Made by a program: the position numbers and the translations under genes | Notes under the pieces: generated by a model | What the model was told of the DNA's origin: nothing | The model's input: only the letters and a program-made list of their open reading frames with translations | Database searches by the model: none | Source of the DNA: Longivirga aurantiaca | GTDB taxonomy: Bacteria > Actinomycetota > Actinomycetes > S36-B12 > CAIYMF01 | Direction of reading: 5' to 3' | DNA length: 11,440 nt | NCBI RefSeq assembly: GCF_042660085.1 | Contig: NZ_JBHSTI010000062.1 | Coordinates: forward strand, 1 to 11,440 | Part shown: positions 1-6,134 of the stretch, piece after piece | How positions within the stretch are numbered: the stretch's first letter is position 1 | Layout: each line of letters opens with the position of its first letter

Positions 1-611
1 CCGGGGACGATGTAGCCCTTGTCGTTGAGGCGCTCGTCGAGACCGGCGGTCACCACGGTGACGTCGACCCCGCGGCCGTCGAAGGCCTCGCGCAGCCGGT
101 CGAGGCCCTCGGGGGCCGCGAGCAGGCAGATCGCCGTGACGTCGGTGGCGCCGCGGCCGAGGAGCAGGTTGATCGCGTCGACCAGCGTGCCGCCGGTGGC
201 GAGCATCGGGTCGAGGACGAAGACCTGGCGCCCCGAGAGGTCGTGCGGCACGCGGTCGGCGTAGGTCGAGACGGTGAGCGACTCCTCGTCGCGGATCATG
301 CCGAGGAACCCGACCTCGGCGGTCGGCAGCAGCCGCACCATGCCGTCGAGCATGCCGAGGCCGGCGCGCAGGATCGGCACGACGAGCGGACGCGGGTCGG
401 CCAGCTTCACGCCCATCGCGGGGGCGACCGGCGTGCTGACGGCGACGCGCTCCACGCGGATGCTGCGCGTGGCCTCGTACGCGAGCAGCGTGACGAGCTC
501 GTCGGCGAGCCGGCGGAAGGTGGGCGAGTCGGTGCGGCCGTCGCGGAGGGTCGTCAGCTTGTGGGCGACGAGCGGGTGGTCGGCGACGTGGATGCGCAGG
601 CTCTCGGGCAT
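1..611 (-). CDS. upp: uracil phosphoribosyltransferase (C-terminal few codons lie beyond window start)
   Basis: Absent from the ORF track because the frame stays open to the window edge. Minus-strand translation from ATG at 611 reads [24 protein letters not shown]...[19 protein letters not shown]...[10 protein letters not shown]. This shows the UPRTase PRPP-binding loop (DPMLATGG) and the start of the C-terminal GYIVPGLGDAGDR motif. Third codon positions are strongly G/C in this frame. Confidence 0.9.
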   Translation of the reverse strand, partial: MPESLRIHVADHPLVAHKLTTLRDGRTDSPTFRRLADELVTLLAYEATRSIRVERVAVSTPVAPAMGVKLADPRPLVVPILRAGLGMLDGMVRLLPTAEVGFLGMIRDEESLTVSTYADRVPHDLSGRQVFVLDPMLATGGTLVDAINLLLGRGATDVTAICLLAAPEGLDRLREAFDGRGVDVTVVTAGLDERLNDKGYIVP

Positions 612-768
612 GGCCCGAAGGGTAAGGGGTCGGCGTCCGGCATGTGGCACCTGAGTCCAAGGTCACGCTCGGTCGCCACCGCCAGGCGGCAAAGGTGCAC
701 CGCGAGCGCGCGGCGTCTGTCACTCTGGGGGCGCCCGGTAGACCCGCACGCCCTGAAGGAGGTACGAC

Positions 769-1248
769 GTGGACGACACAGCAGTCGACTTCGCCGTCGC
801 CGCCTGGCGCGAGGACAACCTGTGGCAGCTCGTGACCCTGCCGCCGCGCGCCAGCGAGAGCCTCGACCTGATGATCGACGCGCTCCGCGCCCAGCCCGGC
901 GAGACGGGCACGATCGGCTTCGTGTCGATCGCGGAGGAGCTCTTCATCATCCTGCGCGTCCGCGGCGAGGACGTGCGCCTCCTGATCTCCGACGTGTTCG
1001 CGGCCGAGGACTGGCCGCTGGGCGTCGACGCCCTCGATCGGCTCGGGATCCCCGAGGAGGTCGAGTTCGAGGACTCCGAGCCCGCGGGCGACCTCCGCAT
1101 CGTGGACGACCTCGGGATCGGCCCGGAGGAGATCGAGCTCCTGCTCGACGACCCGGACATGTGGCCCGACGAGGTGCTGGCGAGCATCGCCGCGCGCATC
1201 GGCTTCGGCGAGCAGTTCGACGCCGCCCTCGAGCAGCTGCCCGACTGA
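769..1248 (+). CDS. tRNA adenosine deaminase-associated protein (small acidic actinobacterial protein of unknown function)
   Basis: 159-aa ORF with GTG start at 769, preceded by GAAGGAGG at 755-762 (6-nt spacer). The protein is very acidic and I see no Lys. It lies immediately upstream of tadA on the same strand, which is the conserved actinobacterial arrangement for this family. The family name is recalled from memory (TIGR03941-like), not searched. Confidence 0.75.
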   Translation: MDDTAVDFAVAAWREDNLWQLVTLPPRASESLDLMIDALRAQPGETGTIGFVSIAEELFIILRVRGEDVRLLISDVFAAEDWPLGVDALDRLGIPEEVEFEDSEPAGDLRIVDDLGIGPEEIELLLDDPDMWPDEVLASIAARIGFGEQFDAALEQLPD

Positions 1249-1316
1249 CCCGGCGCTGCCGCTCTGGATGCCTGAGGATCCCCTCCGGGTGACCGTGGGG
1301 CATCCGGATCGGGCCA

Positions 1317-1808
1317 GTGCGCGATGATCGGGACGTGCAGCCACGCCCGACCGACGTCGACGCCGTACGCCGTGCCCTCGAGCAGGCGCGCCGCGCCGGT
1401 GCGGCGGGCGAGGTGCCGATCGGCGCGGTCGTGATCGGCCCCGACGGCGATGTGCTCGGCGTCGGCGCCAACGAGCGGGAGGCCACCCACGACCCCACCG
1501 CGCATGCCGAGGTGGTCGCGCTGCGTGCGGCGGCGTCATCCCTCGGCACGTGGAGGCTCGACGGCTGCGTCCTCGCCGTCACGCTCGAGCCGTGCCCGAT
1601 GTGTGCAGGGGCCGCGTGGCTCTCGCGGGTGGACCGCGTGGTGTTCGGCGCGTGGAACACCGAGTACGGCGCAGCCGGCTCGCTCTGGGACGTGCTGCGC
1701 GACGGCCGTCTCAACCACCGGCCCGAGGTCGTGGCCGGAGTGCTCGCCGACGAGTGCTCCGCCGTCCTCGCCGACTTCTTCGCCGCCCGCCGTACCGCCG
1801 CCGACTGA
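1317..1808 (+). CDS. tadA: tRNA-specific adenosine deaminase (A34 to I34, CDA fold)
   Basis: 163-aa ORF with the two zinc-ligand motifs of the cytidine/deoxycytidylate deaminase fold: THDPTAHAEVVALR (HAE) and TLEPCPMCAGA (PCxxC). Length and N-terminal helix (VRRALEQARRA) are typical of TadA. The start is ambiguous: GTG 1317 or in-frame GTG 1335. Confidence 0.88.
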   Translation: MRDDRDVQPRPTDVDAVRRALEQARRAGAAGEVPIGAVVIGPDGDVLGVGANEREATHDPTAHAEVVALRAAASSLGTWRLDGCVLAVTLEPCPMCAGAAWLSRVDRVVFGAWNTEYGAAGSLWDVLRDGRLNHRPEVVAGVLADECSAVLADFFAARRTAAD

Positions 1809-1820
1809 CGGACGCGAGTG

Positions 1821-1870
1821 ACTGCCCAAATGGTCGCTGAACGGCCTGCTTCAACGACCGTTTGGGCAGT
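1821..1870. terminator. long hairpin between convergent tadA and acyl-CoA dehydrogenase genes (bidirectional terminator candidate, no U-tract)
   Basis: actgcccaaatggtcg (1821-1836) pairs with cgaccgtttgggcagt (1855-1870): 16 bp including one G-U. After one C/A mismatch, 4 more bp form (1838-1841 with 1850-1853) around an 8-nt loop. It lies 13 nt after the tadA stop and 13 nt after the ACAD stop (TAG at 1883-1885 on the minus strand). Confidence 0.6.
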
Positions 1871-1882
1871 AACTCGGAGCCC

Positions 1883-3130
1883 CTAGCTGCGCGGGGGGAG
1901 GTAGGGCTTGAGCTGCTCGCGGGCGATGCTGCGCAGGTGCACCTCGTCGGGGCCATCGGCCAGGCGCAGGGTGCGCAGGCCCGCCCACATCTCGGCGAGC
2001 GGGAAGTCGCCGGAGACTCCGGCTGCGCCGTGCACCTGGATCGCCTTGTCGAGCACCCACAGCGCCTCGCGCGGCGCCACGACCTTGATGGCCGCGATCT
2101 CCGTGGCCGCGCCCCGTACGCCGACCGTGTCGATGAGCCACGCCGTCTTCATCGTGAGCAGCCGCGCCTGCTCGAGGCGGATGCGCGACTCCGCGATCCA
2201 CTCGCGCACCACGCCCTGGTCGGACAGCGGACGGCCGAACGCCGTACGCGCCACCGCGCGCTCGCACATGAGCTCGAGCGCCCGCTCGGCCATGCCGAGG
2301 GAGCGCATGCAGTGGTGGATACGGCCGGGGCCGAGGCGGGCCTGGGCCATCATGAAGCCGCCGCCGCGAGGCCCGAGGAGGTTCTCCTTCGGCACGCGCA
2401 CGTGGTCGAAGTCGATGACGCCGTGGCCGCCGTGCGAGCCGTCGTCGTACCCGAAGACGGTTGTCGATCGCTCGATGGTCACGCCCGGGGCATCGAGCGG
2501 CACGAGGATCATCGACTGGCGCGCGTGCCGCGCGTTGTCGGGGTCGCTCACGCCCATGACGATCGCGATCCTGCACTCGGGGCGCATCGCGCCGGTCGAC
2601 CACCACTTGCGGCCGTGCACCACGTAGTGGTCGCCGTCCTCGATGATCGTGGCGGCGATGTTGGTGGCGTCGGACGACGCGACGTCGGGCTCGGTCATCG
2701 AGAAGCACGAGCGGATCTCGCCGGCCAGCAGGGGGTCGAGCCACTGCTCGCGCTGCTCCGGCGTGGCGAACATGTGCAGCAGCTCCATGTTGCCGGTGTC
2801 GGGCGCGTTGCAGTTCATGGCCTCGGGCGCGATGTGCGCCGAGCGGCCCGACAGCTCGGCGATCGGCGCGTACTCCAGCACCGACAGGCCCGCGCCGTGC
2901 TCGGCGTCGGGGAGGAAGAGGTTCCAGAGCCCCTGGCTGCGCGCTTCGACCTTGAGGCCGGCCAGCACCTCCGGCGTGCGGAACGGCGTACCCGCAGCGC
3001 GGTACGCCGCTGCCTGCCCTTCGAAGGTGTGCTCGGCGGGGTAGACGTGCTCGTCGAGGAACGTGCGCACCTGCTCCTGCAGCGCGAGCGATCGGTCGCT
3101 GTGCCGGAAGTCCATCGTCGTCCCCTTCAT
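1883..3130 (-). CDS. acyl-CoA dehydrogenase family protein, FadE2 / ACAD10-ACAD11 C-terminal-domain type
   Basis: This is the C-terminal 415 aa of the 751-aa track ORF: MKGTTMDFRHSDRSLALQEQVRTFLDEHVYPAE...SCFSMTEPDVASSDATNI...GRKWWSTGA...RLADGPDEVHLRSIAREQL. The ACAD fold signatures are recognisable. ADGPDEVH replaces the canonical YEGT catalytic-base motif, as I recall for the FadE2/ACAD10-11 clade. The start is ATG 3130, or ATG 3115, which has an AAGGGG Shine-Dalgarno 6 nt upstream. The track ORF upstream of 3130 is Arg/Pro junk overlapping the kinase gene in another frame. Confidence 0.9.
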   Translation of the reverse strand: MKGTTMDFRHSDRSLALQEQVRTFLDEHVYPAEHTFEGQAAAYRAAGTPFRTPEVLAGLKVEARSQGLWNLFLPDAEHGAGLSVLEYAPIAELSGRSAHIAPEAMNCNAPDTGNMELLHMFATPEQREQWLDPLLAGEIRSCFSMTEPDVASSDATNIAATIIEDGDHYVVHGRKWWSTGAMRPECRIAIVMGVSDPDNARHARQSMILVPLDAPGVTIERSTTVFGYDDGSHGGHGVIDFDHVRVPKENLLGPRGGGFMMAQARLGPGRIHHCMRSLGMAERALELMCERAVARTAFGRPLSDQGVVREWIAESRIRLEQARLLTMKTAWLIDTVGVRGAATEIAAIKVVAPREALWVLDKAIQVHGAAGVSGDFPLAEMWAGLRTLRLADGPDEVHLRSIAREQLKPYLPPRS

Positions 3131-3159
3131 CGGTTCGTGCGAGTACGTCGTACGTGGGG

Positions 3160-4179
3160 TCAGAGCCGGTCGAGCCAGTGCCGCGACGCGTCGAGCAGGC
3201 GCGGCACGTAGACGCCGACACTGCCGAAGCCGTCGCCGACGGTCTTGCCCTGCAGGTAGCGGGCGTGGATCCCCTCGGCGATGACCGCGAGCTTGAACCA
3301 CCCGAACGCGACGTACCAGGGGAGCGCGGTGAGGTCGCGGGTCGAGCCGGCGGCGTACCGCTCCACCATCGACGTCGGCGAGAGGAAGCCGGCGCCCTCC
3401 GTCATCGGCGCTGCGCCGAACATCCCCTGCTCGCCGAGGGTCTGGTAGACGACGAGGAGGCCGACGTCGGTGAGCGGGTCGCCGAGCGTGGCCATCTCCC
3501 AGTCGACGACGGCCGCGATGCGTGTGACGTCGTGGCTGTAGAGCACGTTGGTGAGCCGGTAGTCGCCGTGCACGATCCCGGGCGCCTGCTGCTCGGGCGT
3601 GCGCGCGGTGAGCCCGGCGACGAGCGCCTCGAGGCCCGCGCGCGGCTCGGTCTCGCTCGCCTCCCACTGCGTGCGCCAGCGCTTCACCTGGCGCTCGAGG
3701 AACCCGTGCGGCTTGCCGAACTGCTCGAGCCCGACCTCGGCCGGGTCGACCGCGTGCAGCGCGAGGAGCGTGTCGACCAGCAGCTCGCACGAGCGGCGCG
3801 CGTCGTCGGCGGTGAGCCGGCCGAGGACGTCGGGGTTGTCGAGGACGACGCCGTCGACGTACGACATGAGGTAGAACGGCGCGCCGTTGACGTCGACGTC
3901 CTCGCAGAGCACGACCGGTGCGGCCACGGGGACGGCGGTGCCGTGCAGCGCGCTGATCACGCGGAACTCGCGGGTCATGTCGTGCGCGGTGGAGAGCACG
4001 TGCCCGAGCGGAGGACGGCGCAGCGCCCACGTGCTCGTGCCGTCCGTGACCCGGTAGGTGAGGTTGGACAGGCCGCCCACGATCACCTCGGCCTGCAGCG
4101 GCCCCCGCCGCAGCCCGGGCGCGGTCGAGTCGAGCCACCCTGTCACCGCATCGAGGTCCAGCCCCGGAAGCCCGCTCAC
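3160..4179 (-). CDS. phosphotransferase family protein (aminoglycoside-phosphotransferase/APH fold; ACAD10-11 N-terminal kinase-like)
   Basis: 339-aa ORF with GTG start at 4179. Kinase-fold motifs are present: GGLSNLTYRV (nucleotide-binding loop region), the Brenner motif IVHGDYRLTNVL (HGDxxxxN) and the metal-binding VVDWEMATLGDP (DxE). It ends 29 nt upstream of the ACAD gene on the same strand. Confidence 0.85.
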   Translation of the reverse strand: MSGLPGLDLDAVTGWLDSTAPGLRRGPLQAEVIVGGLSNLTYRVTDGTSTWALRRPPLGHVLSTAHDMTREFRVISALHGTAVPVAAPVVLCEDVDVNGAPFYLMSYVDGVVLDNPDVLGRLTADDARRSCELLVDTLLALHAVDPAEVGLEQFGKPHGFLERQVKRWRTQWEASETEPRAGLEALVAGLTARTPEQQAPGIVHGDYRLTNVLYSHDVTRIAAVVDWEMATLGDPLTDVGLLVVYQTLGEQGMFGAAPMTEGAGFLSPTSMVERYAAGSTRDLTALPWYVAFGWFKLAVIAEGIHARYLQGKTVGDGFGSVGVYVPRLLDASRHWLDRL

Positions 4180-4201
4180 CCCCCGACGCTATCCCTGCGG
4201 G

Positions 4202-4255
4202 GTTTGCGATGAAGGGGGCCTTCGTTGCTCAGAGCGCAACAATCTGACCCTTCAC
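4202..4255 (+). repeat. copy A of a ~54-nt structured intergenic repeat (subfamily 1)
   Basis: gtttgcgatgaagggggccttcgttgctcagagcgcaacaatctgacccttcac. The first 39 nt match the reverse complement of 5645-5699 at 36/39 positions without gaps. It contains GATGAAGG / CCTTC / CCTTCAC blocks and a GTTGC-N7-GCAAC mini-hairpin. It lies 22 nt from the kinase GTG (4179). Confidence 0.85.
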
Positions 4256-4277
4256 GGGTACATCTGCCGGCTCGCTC

Positions 4278-4377
4278 GTTCGCGATGAAGGCATGGGCCC
4301 CCGCCGGGCGAGAATGGGCGAAGCCCTCGCCCGGTAGGGGACTTCATCCAATAGAGCCGAACAACCCTTCCCATCAT
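4278..4377 (+). repeat. copy D of the same repeat family (subfamily 2) interrupted by a 47-nt hairpin insertion
   Basis: gttcgcgatgaaggc (4278-4292) matches the reverse complement of copy C at 14/15. The block 4342-4364 (cttcatccaatagagccgaacaa) is an exact 23-nt match to the reverse complement of copy C. The intervening 4293-4339 is absent from the other copies. Confidence 0.8.
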
Positions 4378-4405
4378 GCTCGGCGTGTGGCCGGTGCAGC
4401 GCCCG

Positions 4406-5191
4406 TCAGCCGCCGAGGCGCGGGACGCCGAGCTTCACCTGCAGGCCGTTCATCTGCGCCAGCCACCGGTCGGGATCGCCCGCGCGGGCGGCGTAGAACT
4501 GCGCCACCTCGGGGTGCGGCAGCACGAGGAACCTGTCGTCGCCGAACGCCTGCCACACCACCTCGGCCACCTGCTCCGGCTCGAGCGTGCCCTCGTTGTC
4601 CAGCAGCGGCGCCACGGCGCCGACGTCCGCGATCATCGCCGTCCGCACCCCCTGCGGGCACAGCGCCTGCACCACCACGCCCCGGTCGCGGTACGTCGCC
4701 GACAGCCACTCCGCGAACGCCACGGCCCCGTGCTTGGTCACGCTGTACGACGCGTCGCCCACCATCGTGAGCAGGCCCGCCGCGGACGCCGTCACCACGA
4801 ACCGCCCGCCGCCGCCGTCCGCCAGCCATCCGGGCACGAGCGCCCGAGCGGCCCGTACGTGCGCCATCAGGTTGATGTCGATGACCCGCGCCCACTCGGC
4901 GTCGGTCGTCTCGAGCCCGTGCATCACGCCGACCCCTGCGTTGGCGACGTACACGTCGATCCGGCCGAGGTACGTCGTCGCCTCGGCCACCAGATGCGCG
5001 ATCCCTCCCTCGCTCGCGCAGTCACCGGGCACGGCGAGGCCGCCGATCTCGGCCGCGACCGCCTCCGCTCCCGCGGCGTCGAGGTCGTTCACGACGACCC
5101 GCAGGCCCTCCGCGGCGAGGCGCCGGGCGATCGCCCGCCCGATGCCGCCGGCGGCGCCTGTGACGACTGCTCCGAGGGGCGCGCTGCTCAC
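4406..5191 (-). CDS. short-chain dehydrogenase/reductase (SDR) family oxidoreductase
   Basis: 261-aa ORF with GTG start at 5191 preceded by AGGAGG (4-nt spacer). It carries classical SDR motifs: TGAAGGIGRAIA (TGxxxGxG cofactor loop), NAGV, and catalytic YSVTKHG (YxxxK). Confidence 0.85.
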   Translation of the reverse strand: MSSAPLGAVVTGAAGGIGRAIARRLAAEGLRVVVNDLDAAGAEAVAAEIGGLAVPGDCASEGGIAHLVAEATTYLGRIDVYVANAGVGVMHGLETTDAEWARVIDINLMAHVRAARALVPGWLADGGGGRFVVTASAAGLLTMVGDASYSVTKHGAVAFAEWLSATYRDRGVVVQALCPQGVRTAMIADVGAVAPLLDNEGTLEPEQVAEVVWQAFGDDRFLVLPHPEVAQFYAARAGDPDRWLAQMNGLQVKLGVPRLGG

Positions 5192-5301
5192 GGTTCCTCC
5201 TGGTTGCCCGGCTGATCGCCTCGCACGCTAGACCGGTCCGGCGCCCCGCGGGGCCCGTGGCGCCGGTCACCCTCCCCGTGCGCCCCGGTCCCGGCCGATT
5301 T

Positions 5302-5329
5302 CTGACTGACCGCCCGGACCTTGTACTCT
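5302..5329 (+). promoter_or_regulatory. candidate promoter of tRNA-Ser
   Basis: cTGACt (5302-5307), a 16-nt spacer, then TACTCT (5324-5329, fits the actinobacterial TANNNT -10). The -10 ends 7 nt before the mature tRNA 5' end. This is sequence pattern only. Confidence 0.3.
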
Positions 5330-5336
5330 CCTCGGC

Positions 5337-5424
5337 GGTGGCGTGTCCGAGCGGCCGAAGGAGCACGCCTCGAAAGCGTGTGAGGTGCAAGCCTCCGTGG
5401 GTTCAAATCCCACCGCCACCGCCA
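5337..5424 (+). tRNA. tRNA-Ser (anticodon CGA), class II with long variable arm, CCA encoded
   Basis: Manual cloverleaf fold. Acceptor GGTGGCG/CGCCACC. Anticodon stem CACGC/GCGTG with loop CT-CGA-AA. Long variable arm GAGG..CCTC. T arm GTGGG-TTCAAAT-CCCAC. Discriminator G followed by CCA. Confidence 0.93.
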
Positions 5425-5469
5425 TAACGACAGGAGCGCTCCCCTTCAGGGGAGCGCTCCTGTCGTTAT
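5424..5469 (+). terminator. perfect 21-bp hairpin immediately after tRNA-Ser (terminator/processing hairpin candidate, no U-tract)
   Basis: ataacgacaggagcgctcccc (5424-5444), loop ttca, then ggggagcgctcctgtcgttat (5449-5469): 21/21 Watson-Crick pairs. Each arm contains the 10-bp palindrome GGAGCGCTCC. Confidence 0.55.
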
Positions 5470-5593
5470 GCCGGTGGCCCCTCTGATTTGGGAGGAGCAC
5501 CGCCCACCCGGCGCCCCTGCCCCGCCCGATCCCCCCGGCCGAAGGCCGCTCCATCGCCGCGGGCCCGAGCGCCGCACCTGGCCGGCTCGACGG

Positions 5594-5609
5594 ATCCCAC
5601 CGCCACCGC
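5594..5609 (+). repeat. 16-nt direct repeat of the tRNA-Ser 3' end (att-like)
   Basis: atcccaccgccaccgc at 5594-5609 is identical to tRNA positions 5407-5422 (T-arm 3' half, acceptor 3' strand, discriminator and first C of CCA), in the same orientation. Confidence 0.6.
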
Positions 5610-5644
5610 GATGCGCGTGGACGTCGTACGCCGCTCGCCGCGTC

Positions 5645-5699
5645 GATGAAGGCCGGATTTGTTGCGCTCTTAGCAACGAAGGGCCCCTTCATGGCAAAC
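5645..5699 (-). repeat. copy B of the ~54-nt repeat family (subfamily 1, inverted relative to copy A)
   Basis: gatgaaggccggatttgttgcgctcttagcaacgaagggccccttcatggcaaac. Its reverse complement aligns to copy A with about 48 identities over a ~57-column alignment. It lies 9 nt from the DUF202 stop codon (5709-5711). Confidence 0.85.
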
Positions 5700-5708
5700 G
5701 TGCGCGGG

Positions 5709-6071
5709 TCAGGAGCCGAGCAGCAGCCAGAGCACGAGCATGAAGGCGCCGATCAGCGCGACCCCGAGCGACAGCGCCTGCGGCGCCCTCCCGCGCGGCG
5801 GCAGCTCGCCGGCGCGGATCGCTCGGTCGGCTGCCTCATAGCGACGCCAGCCGGCCAGCGACGCGATCGACCCCGCGATGAGCAGCGCGAGGCCCAGCGG
5901 CACACGGGTGCGCAGCTCGGTGCCGAACTGCAGGACGGCGAGGCCGACGGCGACGAGCGAGAGCCCGGTGCGTGCCCAGGCCAGCACCGTGCGCTCGTTG
6001 GCGAGCAGGAACCGCGTGTCGACGTCGACGCGGTCGTGGTGCGTGCGCGTTGCCGGCTCGTCGCTGCTCAC
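5709..6071 (-). CDS. DUF202 (YidH-like) small inner-membrane protein
   Basis: 120-aa ORF with GTG start. RFLLANERTVLAWARTGLSLVAVGL matches the signature N-terminal motif I recall from E. coli YidH (RFSLANERTFLAWIRT). Three hydrophobic segments are consistent with this family. Confidence 0.75.
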   Translation of the reverse strand: MSSDEPATRTHHDRVDVDTRFLLANERTVLAWARTGLSLVAVGLAVLQFGTELRTRVPLGLALLIAGSIASLAGWRRYEAADRAIRAGELPPRGRAPQALSLGVALIGAFMLVLWLLLGS

Positions 6072-6134
6072 GTCCGCAGCCTAGAGCCGTGAACGCCGAC
6101 GCCGGCGTGGTCCTGGCGGTTCGTCGTACGCCGG

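Noticed and set aside
243-1714. Several 250-350-aa ORFs (243-1292 +, 720-1505 -, 947-1714 -).
   Set aside because: They overlap upp, the tadA-associated gene and tadA in other frames or strands. Their compositions (Arg/Pro/Ser/Ala runs) are non-protein-like.
1883-4138. The 751-aa minus-strand ORF could be read as a natural kinase-ACAD fusion like mammalian ACAD10/11.
   Set aside because: Only the C-terminal ~415 aa (from ATG 3130 or 3115) look like protein. The N-terminal ~335 aa are Arg/Pro/Ala-rich nonsense that overlaps the real APH-like gene (3160-4179) in a different frame, and that gene has its own stop at 3160-3162. These are two separate genes, not a fusion.
4252-4377. 41-aa minus-strand sORF (MMGRVVRLYWMKSPTGRG...) between the SDR and kinase genes, considered as a possible LvaB-like small subunit.
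   Set aside because: It is composed entirely of repeat copies D and A read through. It has no Shine-Dalgarno, an implausible composition, and is much shorter than LvaB as I recall it.
5499-5540. C-rich tract (caccgcccacccggcgcccctgccccgcccgatccccccgg), considered as a 6C-type actinobacterial sRNA.
   Set aside because: I could not fold it into the two C-rich-loop hairpins that define 6C RNA, and I see no flanking promoter or terminator. It is left as unexplained spacer within the att-like interval.
5267-5743. ORFs 5267-5692 (-), 5446-5676 (-) and 5468-5743 (+) in the tRNA-Ser downstream region.
   Set aside because: They run across the tRNA gene, the 21-bp hairpin and repeat copy B. Their translations are Gly/Arg/Pro-rich. 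No ribosome-binding sites are evident.
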